Source: Dehalococcoidia bacterium
Lineage (GTDB): Bacteria > Chloroflexota > Dehalococcoidia > Lucifugimonadales > UBA3495
Direction: 5' to 3'
NCBI GenBank assembly: GCA_022451945.1
Contig: JAKUNK010000010.1
Coordinates: 23,837-87,836 of the forward strand
Length of the DNA: 64,000 bases
Shown piece by piece: positions 17,492 through 27,302 of the stretch (position 1 is the stretch's first letter; each line of letters starts with the position of its first letter). Both the position numbers and the translations under genes were made by a program. The notes beneath the pieces were generated by a model. It had not been told where the DNA came from. It made no database searches and was given only the letters and a program-made list of their open reading frames with translations.

Positions 17492-17731
17492 ATGCCCTAC
17501 GTAATAACTGAACCCTGCATCGGGGTTAAAGACGCCTCCTGTTTGGAGGTCTGCCCGGTTGATTGTATCCACACTTTAGAATCGGAAGAGCAGTACTTCA
17601 TAGACCCATCTGTCTGCATCGACTGCTCTTACTGCGTGGCGGCATGTCCTGTAAGCGCCATCTACGACGAGTTCAACATCCCCTCAGAGTGGCGCCACTA
17701 CCTCGCGAAGAACCGGAACTTCTACAAATAG
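17492..17731 (+). CDS. 7Fe (FdxA-type) ferredoxin
   Basis: YVITEPCIGVKDASCLEVCPVDCI and CIDCSYCVAACPVSAI. Confidence 0.92.
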   Translation: MPYVITEPCIGVKDASCLEVCPVDCIHTLESEEQYFIDPSVCIDCSYCVAACPVSAIYDEFNIPSEWRHYLAKNRNFYK

Positions 17732-17870
17732 ATTCCAGCCAGCCATCTCCTGCTTCACGCCGGCAACTAACATACCCACCTTGTAGCCACCGACTCTATG
17801 CGGTCGTATACTAGGCTGCACCAAACGGCCTTGGACTTTGTGCGTCACGGCGACAGCGGAGGTTTCCGGA

Positions 17871-18824
17871 ATGACTCTTTTCCTCAAAGATGAAGATGTG
17901 GCCCAGTGCGTAGATATGGGTGCCATGCTCGGGGCCATTGAATCCATGCAACATCAATACGGCGACGGTCAAGCGCATAACATGACGCGCCGGAAGATTA
18001 TCGCCGAAAGCGGCATGCTGTCAGTGATGGGCGGCGGCCTATTCCACCAAGGGCTCCTTGGCGTGAAGACCTATACGGTAGTCAAGGGCTCCTACTCCTT
18101 CCAGGTAAGTCTCTACGACGCCGACACTGGAGCGCTTCTCTGCTACACTCAAGCAAATCGCCTAGGGCAACTACGAACCGGGGCGACTACGGGTGTGGCG
18201 GTGAAGCATCTGGCCAATCCCGGGGACACCACTGTGGGAATCATCGGGACAGGCAGCCAAGCCCCAACCCAACTGGAGGCTGTGTCGATGGTCAGAGGCA
18301 TCAAGGAGATTAGAGCCTTCTCGCGAAACCCAGAGCGTCGGGAAGAGTTCGCCCGCCGAATGTCAAACGCGATGGGCGTGGACGTCTCCGCCGCCAACAG
18401 CAATGAAGCCGCAGTGCGCGATTGCGACATAGTCCTCTGCATCGCGGCCACAATGGAACCAGTGGTCGAAGGAGCTTGGCTGAAAGACGGCGCCACTTTG
18501 ATCGGGGCCGGTCCCACCACCTGGCGCGCCCGTGAAGTGGATGAAGCCACCATCGCCCGCGCAGACAAGCTGATCGTAGACTCAACCGAACAAGCGACAA
18601 TAGAAGCTGGCGACCTCTGTAGCGCCGTAGATAAGGGAATAGTCCAATGGAGCAAAGTCCAAGAACTTAGGCACGTAGTCTCAAAAGCTGTAAAAGGACG
18701 CGACAACGAAAACCAGGTGGTCTACGCAAAAATCATGGGGACCGGGGTCGCCGACGTGGCCGCCGCCAAACTGGCCTACGATTCAGCCAAAGCCAATGGC
18801 CTGGGGACGGAGATGGATTGGTAA
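17871..18824 (+). CDS. Ornithine cyclodeaminase / mu-crystallin family protein
   Basis: LRTGATTGVA, GIIGTGSQA, RE.D, EAGDL, GTGVADVAAA; GGAGG RBS. Confidence 0.88.
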   Translation: MTLFLKDEDVAQCVDMGAMLGAIESMQHQYGDGQAHNMTRRKIIAESGMLSVMGGGLFHQGLLGVKTYTVVKGSYSFQVSLYDADTGALLCYTQANRLGQLRTGATTGVAVKHLANPGDTTVGIIGTGSQAPTQLEAVSMVRGIKEIRAFSRNPERREEFARRMSNAMGVDVSAANSNEAAVRDCDIVLCIAATMEPVVEGAWLKDGATLIGAGPTTWRAREVDEATIARADKLIVDSTEQATIEAGDLCSAVDKGIVQWSKVQELRHVVSKAVKGRDNENQVVYAKIMGTGVADVAAAKLAYDSAKANGLGTEMDW

Positions 18825-18827
18825 GGG

Positions 18828-21800
18828 TTAGTCGGCCTTCAGGTATTCTCCGATGGTCGCGATATTATAAGCCGCAAGTTCTACCGAGAGGCTTTCCGCC
18901 GCGGCCCTAGCGGTGTCCATAGAGGTGAAGCAGGGAATGTGCTTCTCCACCGCTGCTCTCCGGATGTAAAATCCGTCGCGCATTACCTCGGGTGAACCAG
19001 AGATGGTGTTGACCACCGCGCTGACGCTACCATCTTCAATCACGTCCGTCACGTTGGGATGGCCTTCGCTGAGCCGCTTAGTGGTCATGCTCACTGACAA
19101 CCCCATTGCAGATATCATGGCGGCGGTTCCCTCAGTAGCGTACAAAAGGCATCCTGCAGCGGTGAGGTCTCGAATCAGAGACACGGCCTCAGCCTTGTGT
19201 TGGTCGGCAATACTGAGCAAGACTCCGGTTCCCGGCTTAATCTCCAAGTTGGCCGCCATTAGGGCCTTGGTCAGGGCCATCTGGAAGTTGCGGTCAACTC
19301 CCATTACCTCTCCTGTAGACTTCATCTCGGGACCCAAGTGCCAGTCCACTCCTACCAGCTTGGCCATGGAGAATACCGGTGCTTTGATGCCTACCAAGTC
19401 TTGCACCGGCCATAGTCCTCCCGAATAACCCTGCTCTCGCAGCGTGTCACCCAGCATCACCCTGGTAGCTAATTTGGCCACTGGGACTCCGGTCAGTTTT
19501 GATATGAATGGTATGGTCCGGCTGCCCCTGGGATTCACCTCGATAATGTAGATTGTCGTGGGTTCGCTCTCATCTTGAGGGGTAGCAGGGCTCCGGTACG
19601 CGCCGCCGCCATGGATTACGAACTGGACGTTCATCAGACCCTTAACTTCGAGGGCCAGGCCAATGCGGGTCGTGTAGTCGACGATGGTCTCCACTTCCCT
19701 GGAACTCAAATTAAGCGCCGGATAGATGGCCATCGAGTCGCCGCTGTGGACTCCAGCCCGTTCCACATGCTCCATTATGCCAGGTATCAGTACTTGCTCG
19801 CCGTCGCATATGGCATCAACTTCGCATTCTTTGCCTTCTAGATAGCGGTCAATCAACACCGGCTTATCCGGGGACATCTCGACCGCCGCAGTCAGGTAAT
19901 GGATAAGCTCGGTGGCATTCTGGACTATCTCCATCGCGCGGCCGCCAAGAACGTAACTGGGCCGAACCACGGCCGGATACCCAATGTTCTGAGCGACCTG
20001 GAGCGCTTCTTCCACAGAGGTAACCGCTGCTCCAGGAGGCTGAGGGATACCCAATCGTCCGAGAAAATCTTCAAACTTGCGCCGGTCCGAGGCGATGTCA
20101 ATCACCTCGGCGGTCGACCCAAGAATGGGTAACCCGGCGGCAGCAAGTGATTGAGAGAGGTTAATCGCGGTCTGTCCACCGAATTGCACAACTGAGGCCG
20201 GAGGCTCGTGATTCACCTCTTCGTTCTCAAGGATGTCCCTCACTGATTCTTCATCCAAGGGCTCGAAATACAATCGGTCGCTGGCGTCGAAGTCAGTAGA
20301 CACCGTTTCCGGATTGGAGTTGATCATTATGCTGCGCACGCCGGCTTCTGAAAGGGCCGTTGCGGCGTGGACGCTGCAATAGTCGAATTCAATGCCCTGA
20401 CCGATGCGGATGGGACCGCTGCCTATAACAACCGCCCGTTTACCTTCCAAAGGCAACGCTTCATTCTCTAGGTCGTATGTGCTGTAGTAATAAGGAGTCG
20501 CGGCCTCGAATTCTGCAGCGCAGGTGTCCACCGTCTTGTAGACGGGTCTCAGGCCCCATTCATGACGTTGATTACGCACCTGTTCCGGAAGCATGTCGGC
20601 CAGAGTCCCGATCTGGCTATCGGAAAAGCCCATCCGCTTCGCCGACTTAAGCAGACTCGGCGTGAGTTCGTCTCGCAGCAGTCGGCGCTCCATCTGCACC
20701 GTGCGCTCTAGAGCATTGAGGAACCAGGGCTCTATATAGGTGTGTTCAACCAACTGGTCAACGGTGGCGCCCTGGCGAAGAGCCGACATCAAACCCCACA
20801 ATCGCTCGTCATTAGGTCCTAAGGGTAGGTCTTCCAGAGACAAGTCTCCTTCGGTTCGCCAAGTTGGGTCCTCCCAAAGGAGGGTGCGACCACTAAGTTC
20901 CAGGGAGCGGGCGCCTTTCTGCAATGCAGCCTCGAACGACCGCTCTATGACCATGACTTCACCAGTAGCCTTCATCTGGGTGGTCGTTCGGCGGTCGCCG
21001 TGAGGAAACTTGTCGAAGGGCCACCGGGGAATCTTGAGCACACAATAGTCCAGTGCCGGCTCGAAGGCCGCGGTGGTCTGTTTCGTAACGGCGTTCTCGA
21101 TCTGATCCAAGGTCTTGCCCACGGCTATCTTGGCGGCGACCCTAGCTATTGGATAGCCGGTGGCCTTACTAGCTAAAGCCGAGCTTCGGCTGACTCTGGG
21201 ATTGACCTCGATCACATAGTATGGTGACTCTGGATTCCATTCTTGACCCAACGCCTCGCAGACTCTGGGATGTGGCTGCAGGGCCAACTGGACGTTGCAC
21301 CCGCCCTCAATGCCAAGACCCCGAATTATCTTTAGACTGGCCGTGCGGAGCATCTGGTACTCCGGATCACTTAATGTCTGGCTTGGTGCCACAACGATGC
21401 TATCACCGGTATGAACGCCCATAGGATCGAGGTTTTCCATGTTGCAGATGGTGATGCAATTATCGGCGGCGTCCCGCATCACCTCGTACTCGATCTCTTT
21501 CCAGCCGACCAGCGAACGTTCTAGCAGAATCTGAGAGATAGGGCTGGCCGTCAGTCCTGAGCGGGCGAAGTTCTCGAATTCCTCTTCAGTGTTGGCGATG
21601 CCCCCGCCGCTGCCGCCCAGGGTGTAGGCAGGGCGCACAACCAGAGGCAGGCCCATGCGCTTGGCCACGTCCCATGCCTCTTCCATGGTGTTGACGCTTT
21701 CGTTCTCTGGCTCGGGCTCGCCTATCTCGTGGAGAAAAGTGCGGAAAAAATCCCGGTCTTCGGAGCGCCTTATCGTCTCGAGCGGAGTGCCCAAGAGGCC

Positions 21801-22133
21801 CACGCTGTAGCGTTCCAGAACTCCGGCATCAGCCAGGGCCACAGCCAGGTTCAGACCCGTCTGGCCTCCTAGGGTAGGTAAAATACCATCAGGCCGCTCC
21901 CGTTTAATAATCCTTTCCAGGACTTCCACGGTGAGCGGCTCGATGTATACACGGTCTGCTATGCCCTGGTCGGTCATGATGGTGGCCGGATTGGAATTGA
22001 CCAGGACGGTCTTAACTCCCTCCTCACGGAGAGATTTGCAAGCTTGGGTGCCAGCGTAATCAAACTCGGCAGCTTGCCCGATAACAATGGGGCCGGAGCC
22101 AATCACGAGCACTTTTTCTGGTTTTACGGGAAT
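18828..22133 (-). CDS. carB: Carbamoyl-phosphate synthase large subunit (probable ATT start at 22133; ORF-track start 22175)
   Basis: KVLVIGSGPIVIGQAAEFDYAG, two ATP-grasp halves, GIEFDY, MKSTGEVMG and a C-terminal MGS domain. Confidence 0.97.
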   Translation of the reverse strand: MPVKPEKVLVIGSGPIVIGQAAEFDYAGTQACKSLREEGVKTVLVNSNPATIMTDQGIADRVYIEPLTVEVLERIIKRERPDGILPTLGGQTGLNLAVALADAGVLERYSVGLLGTPLETIRRSEDRDFFRTFLHEIGEPEPENESVNTMEEAWDVAKRMGLPLVVRPAYTLGGSGGGIANTEEEFENFARSGLTASPISQILLERSLVGWKEIEYEVMRDAADNCITICNMENLDPMGVHTGDSIVVAPSQTLSDPEYQMLRTASLKIIRGLGIEGGCNVQLALQPHPRVCEALGQEWNPESPYYVIEVNPRVSRSSALASKATGYPIARVAAKIAVGKTLDQIENAVTKQTTAAFEPALDYCVLKIPRWPFDKFPHGDRRTTTQMKATGEVMVIERSFEAALQKGARSLELSGRTLLWEDPTWRTEGDLSLEDLPLGPNDERLWGLMSALRQGATVDQLVEHTYIEPWFLNALERTVQMERRLLRDELTPSLLKSAKRMGFSDSQIGTLADMLPEQVRNQRHEWGLRPVYKTVDTCAAEFEAATPYYYSTYDLENEALPLEGKRAVVIGSGPIRIGQGIEFDYCSVHAATALSEAGVRSIMINSNPETVSTDFDASDRLYFEPLDEESVRDILENEEVNHEPPASVVQFGGQTAINLSQSLAAAGLPILGSTAEVIDIASDRRKFEDFLGRLGIPQPPGAAVTSVEEALQVAQNIGYPAVVRPSYVLGGRAMEIVQNATELIHYLTAAVEMSPDKPVLIDRYLEGKECEVDAICDGEQVLIPGIMEHVERAGVHSGDSMAIYPALNLSSREVETIVDYTTRIGLALEVKGLMNVQFVIHGGGAYRSPATPQDESEPTTIYIIEVNPRGSRTIPFISKLTGVPVAKLATRVMLGDTLREQGYSGGLWPVQDLVGIKAPVFSMAKLVGVDWHLGPEMKSTGEVMGVDRNFQMALTKALMAANLEIKPGTGVLLSIADQHKAEAVSLIRDLTAAGCLLYATEGTAAMISAMGLSVSMTTKRLSEGHPNVTDVIEDGSVSAVVNTISGSPEVMRDGFYIRRAAVEKHIPCFTSMDTARAAAESLSVELAAYNIATIGEYLKAD

Positions 22134-22265
22134 GATTGTCTCCCTTTCCGCAGTGCTCTGCGGCCACAGCCCCATCTGGGGTCTAAGAAATACGCCTATC
22201 GATGTTATACCCGGCTGGACTTTTTGGCTACGCAGCCGCCAAGCCCCGACGGAATCTCCGGCGAG

Positions 22266-22682
22266 TTAACCAGTAGGGAGCATGCCCGGCAGTTCTATCA
22301 ACTGTCGCGTATGCAATGAATTTAACAACTGTGAGACGAATGAGCCGAAGAGTTTGCCGTCCCAATCGGCAGCATCAGCTCCGTGAACCGTCTGTTCTAA
22401 CCGGGGTGGAACCCTCAGGTTCACCATTCCCGGGCCTTCGGGTTCGACCTCTATCCGTCCTAAGGGAAATAAGGGCTGGCCCTCCATGCTCGGGTCCATG
22501 GCGTTTACCACGAGGTCCCAGTGCTGCCCCAGAGTCCCTCTGCCTGCTCTAATCTTGTAAATGTACTCACCACATGAGTATTGGGACGTTTCCTCTTCTA
22601 GAAAAGAGGCCACGTTGTCAAAGTTTACTGCCACCGCCACATCCACACCCCCCTCCAGCAAAAACATGGCGAATGAAGACAA
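22266..22682 (-). CDS. Hypothetical protein between carA and carB
   Basis: 138 aa with GGAGG RBS before the TTG start; co-oriented with the pyr operon. Confidence 0.7.
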   Translation of the reverse strand: MSSFAMFLLEGGVDVAVAVNFDNVASFLEEETSQYSCGEYIYKIRAGRGTLGQHWDLVVNAMDPSMEGQPLFPLGRIEVEPEGPGMVNLRVPPRLEQTVHGADAADWDGKLFGSFVSQLLNSLHTRQLIELPGMLPTG

Positions 22683-22847
22683 AATAATCCTCCAAAAATC
22701 AACACGCCTGTTGGGGTTGGAATAAGTAGGTCGGGCTTTTTAGTTCGCCCTATCCGTAAATCGCCTTGGTTCCAGTTATTTCCTCCTTGTTTCGAAGGCG
22801 CAGTTGCGCCTGATTATAAATCTTCTTGGCTTCTAGGTATCTGAGGG

Positions 22848-23945
22848 TTAGCCGTGGAAATCCTCGACCATATCGATGAACTGGTCGAAGAGATATTCGT
22901 TATCCCTGGGTCCAGGTGAAGCCTCGGAATGATATTGTATGGTAAACAACGGTAGGGATTTATGGCGAAATCCTTCCACAGTTTGGTCATTTAAGTTGAT
23001 ATGTGAGACTTCCAAGCCTGAGGGCAAGTTGTCGGGACTGACAGCATAACCATGGTTCTGTGCCGTTATGTAAACGCGGCCGTCGTCCAAGTCTTTTACC
23101 GGATGGTTCCCTCCCCGGTGGCCGAATTTCAGTTTGAAGGTATCAGCCCCAAGCGCCCGGGCGATAATCTGGTGCCCTAAACAGATTCCCATAACCGGGA
23201 CCTGCCCCAAAACTTTTCGGGTGTTATCCACCACGTACTCCAACAACTTAGGGTCTCCAGGACCAGGAGAGAATAAGACCCCGGACGGTTCCATAGCCAA
23301 TAGCTCCTCCGCAGGAGTGGACGCCGGCACCACAGTTACCCTGCAACCGCGGCGGCGCAGTTGCCGCAGGATGTTGTACTTGAGGCCGCAGTCGGTAACC
23401 AATATTCGGTGCTTCGCTTCAATCAGGTCTTCGTTATCCCCATCCCAGTTGTACCCATCCGGCGTGGTGACGGTGGCCACATAATCCCGGTGGCCGTAAG
23501 GCGGAGAGTCCTGCAACCGCCTCAGCGCCACGTCCGGATCGCCGTTTGTGATGATGCCCAACATCACTCCTTGAGACCGGATCTGCCGAGTGATAGACCT
23601 GGTATCAACCTCCGCGATTCCCGGGATGCCCTGGCCGGCCAGGAATTCATGCAGGGTCAGGTCACTACGGCCGTGGCTCGGCAGTTCGCAGTTCTCCCGG
23701 ACGATTAATCCACCCACCTGTATCCTGTCGGATTCAAAGTCCTCAGGGTTAATGCCGTAATTGCCGACCAGCGGATAGGTAAGAGTCACGAGTTGTCCTG
23801 CATAGGACGGGTCCGTCAGGACTTCCTGATAACCGGTCATGCTGGTGTTGAACACCACTTCTCCAAGGCCATCTGCCTCGGCACCGAAGCTCACACCTTC
23901 GTGGACTGATCCGTCTTGGAAAACCAGATACGTTGAATCGTGCAT
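22848..23945 (-). CDS. carA: Carbamoyl-phosphate synthase small subunit
   Basis: GEVVFNTSMTGYQE, SPGPGDP, GICLGHQ, QYHSEASPGP. Confidence 0.97.
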   Translation of the reverse strand: MHDSTYLVFQDGSVHEGVSFGAEADGLGEVVFNTSMTGYQEVLTDPSYAGQLVTLTYPLVGNYGINPEDFESDRIQVGGLIVRENCELPSHGRSDLTLHEFLAGQGIPGIAEVDTRSITRQIRSQGVMLGIITNGDPDVALRRLQDSPPYGHRDYVATVTTPDGYNWDGDNEDLIEAKHRILVTDCGLKYNILRQLRRRGCRVTVVPASTPAEELLAMEPSGVLFSPGPGDPKLLEYVVDNTRKVLGQVPVMGICLGHQIIARALGADTFKLKFGHRGGNHPVKDLDDGRVYITAQNHGYAVSPDNLPSGLEVSHINLNDQTVEGFRHKSLPLFTIQYHSEASPGPRDNEYLFDQFIDMVEDFHG

Positions 23946-23999
23946 TCTAGTGCACCCATCCCAGTATCATGATATCCGATCGCTGATTTCCGCCCGCCA

Positions 24000-25379
24000 T
24001 TACACGTTCGACCTGGTATGGTTCTCATTGAACTTCAGGCTCGGGCTCTGATACACCAGCCTGCCTAAGGCGAATGTGGCCATCACTCGGCCCTTGAGCT
24101 TGGTACCGTCCAAAGGAGTGTTCTTGCCTTTGGACTCGAACTCCGCGGTATCTACCGTCCATTCCTGTTCCGGGTCAAAGAGGACTACATCAGCGGCAGT
24201 GCCCGGCTGCAACGAGCCTAAGCCCGAGTAGCTCTCGCCGAGAACCTTGGCAGGGCCAGCGGTCAACCGGTCGACCAAAGCCCCCATACTCAGATTCTTT
24301 GCATGGACCAACTGCAGCAACGAACCCAGAGCGGTTTCAAGCACGCTGATTCCGAAGGCCGCTTCCTGGTAGGTTACCTGCTTACTGGTTAAGTCGTGGG
24401 GCGCATGGTCGGTGGCTATGCAGTCGATGACCCCGTCAGCCAATGCTCCAATCAGGGTGTCAACGTCCCTTTGGGAGCGGAGCGGCGGGTACACCTTGGT
24501 GCTGGTGTCATATGCCATCTCTCCGGCCGCCTCGGACGGTTCTCCCTTCCGGCCCATGGCCCATTGGTCTGTGATAGTCAGATGATGAGGGCAGACCTCG
24601 GCTGTAACCGCAAGCCCTCTGGCTTTAGCTTCGCGGATCAGCGGAACGCTGCCGGCAGTGCTGAGGTGGGCCACATGGAGGAGTCCGTTAGTAGCCTCAG
24701 CCAGGGCGATGTCCCTGGCAATCATAGCCTCTTCCGCAGCAGCAGGTATACCCTCCAATCCCAGATGCGTCGCCACCGGGCCTTCGGCCATCACGCCGTT
24801 ACAGGAGAGGGATTTGTCTTGGCAGTGGTTACTAATCGGCAGCCCCAGGTCCCGACTGTAGACCAACGCTAACCGCATGAGGTTGGAGTCGTAAACCGGA
24901 TCGCCGTCGTCGCTGAAGGCCACCACACCGGCACTGGCAAGTTCTTCCATTTCGGACAGTTCGTGGCCTTTGCGTCCCTTAGTGACGCACCCGATGGGCA
25001 GTACCCGCACCACAGAGCCTTGTCTGGCTCGCTCATGGATGAATTCAACCACTGCAGCATTATCTATAGGAGGATCTGTATTGGGCATGGCGCATAGGGT
25101 GGTGAACCCTCCCTTGGCTCCTGCCTTGGAGCCAGCGGCGATGGTCTCTTTATACTCAAAGCCCGGCTCTCTCAGATGACAATGCAGGTCTATGAAACCA
25201 GGACAGGCCACCAAACCGGTACCATCGATGACAAGACTGTCTTCTGGTATTCGATCGAGGTCTAATCTGCCAGCGGCGACAATTTCTCCACCGGCAATCA
25301 ACAAATCACCCACCAAATCCAACTGCCCATTAGGGTCAATTATCCTGGCCTGGCGAATCACAATGTTATTGTTTTCCAC
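24000..25379 (-). CDS. pyrC: Dihydroorotase
   Basis: PGFIDLHCHLREPG, MPNT.P, EVCPHHL, IATDHAPH, SKGKNTP. Confidence 0.96.
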   Translation of the reverse strand: MENNNIVIRQARIIDPNGQLDLVGDLLIAGGEIVAAGRLDLDRIPEDSLVIDGTGLVACPGFIDLHCHLREPGFEYKETIAAGSKAGAKGGFTTLCAMPNTDPPIDNAAVVEFIHERARQGSVVRVLPIGCVTKGRKGHELSEMEELASAGVVAFSDDGDPVYDSNLMRLALVYSRDLGLPISNHCQDKSLSCNGVMAEGPVATHLGLEGIPAAAEEAMIARDIALAEATNGLLHVAHLSTAGSVPLIREAKARGLAVTAEVCPHHLTITDQWAMGRKGEPSEAAGEMAYDTSTKVYPPLRSQRDVDTLIGALADGVIDCIATDHAPHDLTSKQVTYQEAAFGISVLETALGSLLQLVHAKNLSMGALVDRLTAGPAKVLGESYSGLGSLQPGTAADVVLFDPEQEWTVDTAEFESKGKNTPLDGTKLKGRVMATFALGRLVYQSPSLKFNENHTRSNV

Positions 25380-25416
25380 TCACCGCTCCCTCTATGTGTC
25401 TATCCATTATCTGAGC

Positions 25417-26439
25417 CTAAGCCTCTTGGCCGGGTCCGATGGTCAGTTTGTAGAGCAGTGCCATGCGCACGGCCACACCGTTAGTCACCTGGTCTTCGAT
25501 CACAGAGTTACCGCCGTGAGCGATGTCATTGCTAATCTCTATGCCTTCGTTCATAGGTCCTGGGTGCATAACCATAACGCCAGGTTTGGCTCGCTCCAGC
25601 CTTGAATCAGTGACCTGCCAACGGCGGATGTACTCCCTCAAGCTGGGCAGGAAACCGGCGTTCTGCCGTTCCCGCTGCAGGCGCAAAGCCATGACTACGT
25701 CCGCGTCTTCGATGGCCTCGTCCAGGTTAGTCTTAACCTCCACCAGCGATGCAAAGAGCGACCGTGCCAGGTTGGCACTGGGACGTATCAGGTCCGGCGG
25801 CATCAGTGTGGCTGGCCCTGAGAGGACCACTTTGGCGCCCATCTTGGCGAACCCCCAGATATCTGAACGGGCGACCCGACTGTGAAGCACATCTCCAACG
25901 ATTACAACCTTCTTCCCCTCAAGGCTACCGAGCTTGTCTTGAACCGTGTATAGATCCAGCAGCGCCTGCGTCGGGTGCGCGTGGAGGCCGTCGCCAGCGT
26001 TTATGACGCTCACTTTGTCTAGTTGCTGGGCCAACAGATGGGGTGCGCCAGAATGGGGATGCCGTATGACGATGGTGTCCACGCCCATGGCCTGAATAGT
26101 CAAACCAGTGTTCAACAGCGACTCGCCCTTCTCAGCGCTGCTACCGGAGGCTGACATGTTAATCACGTCAGCGCTTAGTACCTTCCCTGCCTCTTCGAAA
26201 GATATTCGGGTGCGGGTACTGGCCTCGTAGAACAAAGTGACTACCACCTTGCCGCGGAGGGCAGGGACCTTCTTGATATCTCTTCCCAACACCTCTTTCA
26301 TACTACGGGAAGAGTCCAAGACTTCGGCGATTTCCTTCTTCGAGAAATCGTCAAGGTCCAATACGTGCTTTCTGGCCGCTGAATCCTGGGCCAGTAGGTC
26401 GGCAATTTCCAAGGCTTCTGTGGCTCTGGAGAGGCTCAT
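25417..26439 (-). CDS. pyrB: Aspartate carbamoyltransferase catalytic subunit
   Basis: FYEASTRTRISFE, HPTQALLD, RLQRER, MHPGPMN. Confidence 0.97.
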   Translation of the reverse strand: MSLSRATEALEIADLLAQDSAARKHVLDLDDFSKKEIAEVLDSSRSMKEVLGRDIKKVPALRGKVVVTLFYEASTRTRISFEEAGKVLSADVINMSASGSSAEKGESLLNTGLTIQAMGVDTIVIRHPHSGAPHLLAQQLDKVSVINAGDGLHAHPTQALLDLYTVQDKLGSLEGKKVVIVGDVLHSRVARSDIWGFAKMGAKVVLSGPATLMPPDLIRPSANLARSLFASLVEVKTNLDEAIEDADVVMALRLQRERQNAGFLPSLREYIRRWQVTDSRLERAKPGVMVMHPGPMNEGIEISNDIAHGGNSVIEDQVTNGVAVRMALLYKLTIGPGQEA

Positions 26440-26481
26440 ATCAGTAATTCTTAATTCTCCCCATTTCGTTTAGCCATTAAC

Positions 26482-27039
26482 TCATTCAACTTCATCAGTA
26501 AAGTCGTCGAAGACCAAAGCAACCTCGTCGGCGCCGTCAGTCTCCAACAGCCTGACTTTCACACGCTCTTCGATAGCCGTTGGCAGGTTCTGGCCCACGT
26601 AATCCGCCCTAATCGGCAATTCTCTGTGACCTCGGTCCAGCAGGATGGCCAGTTGAATCAGCTGCGGCCGGCCAAAATCCACCAGCGCGTCCATCGCGGC
26701 TCGGATGGTCCGGCCGGTATACAGGACGTCATCGACAAGAACCACCCGTTTTCCCTGGATACCTATGGGGATGTCCGTAGGCTGGAGCTTGGTCTGTGAC
26801 TGGTCACGAACCCTAAGGTCGTCCCGGTAAAGGCTGACATCCAGAGTGGCCACCGGCACCTCGACACCTTCAAACTCCGCCAAATTGGCAGCAATTCGGC
26901 GTGCCAGATACACCCCTCTCGTGTGAATGCCCACAATAACGAGATCTTCCGCACCACGATTGTGCTCAAGTATTTCGTGGGCCACCCTAGTTAAGGCGCG
27001 CCGCACGTCCTCTTGGCTCATTATTTGTCGCTCTTGCAT
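26482..27039 (-). CDS. pyrR: Pyrimidine operon attenuation protein / uracil phosphoribosyltransferase PyrR
   Basis: [52 protein letters not shown]. Confidence 0.96.
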   Translation of the reverse strand: MQERQIMSQEDVRRALTRVAHEILEHNRGAEDLVIVGIHTRGVYLARRIAANLAEFEGVEVPVATLDVSLYRDDLRVRDQSQTKLQPTDIPIGIQGKRVVLVDDVLYTGRTIRAAMDALVDFGRPQLIQLAILLDRGHRELPIRADYVGQNLPTAIEERVKVRLLETDGADEVALVFDDFTDEVE

Positions 27040-27071
27040 TCTCTTACCTAGGTGAATCATCGGCGGACAAC

Positions 27072-27101
27072 AAAAAACCCTTGCCTTCAGCCGGCAAGGG
27101 T
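27072..27101 (-). terminator. Attenuator terminator of the pyr leader
   Basis: Minus strand ACCCTTGCC-GGCTGAA-GGCAAGGGT-TTTTT just upstream of pyrR. Confidence 0.85.
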
Positions 27102-27157
27102 ATGAGCAAATCGCGCAATAGGTGCACAAGACGCACGCTGCGGAGATTCGGGACGCT

Positions 27158-27193
27158 CTACTTTGCCAGCCTCACGGGACCGTCTTAAAAGTG
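27158..27193 (-). promoter_or_regulatory. PyrR-binding RNA element (pyr attenuator binding loop)
   Basis: Minus strand CTTTTAAGACGGTCCCGTGAGGCTGGCAAAG matches the PyrR site consensus UUUAA...GUCC.GNGAGGCU, and is followed by a terminator. Confidence 0.88.
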
Positions 27194-27302
27194 TGGCCAA
27201 GTCTGACTAAGACCGGCCGCACGACCCACCGAATATTCAATTGTCACACCATTCTACCAGAACGGAACCCTTTCCATAAGTGGGTTAACGGCCAGATTCT
27301 TT

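Noticed and set aside
27039-27129. N-terminal extension of PyrR in the ORF track ([12 protein letters not shown]...)
   Set aside because: It overlaps the attenuator terminator, and PyrR homology begins at MQERQIM (27039).
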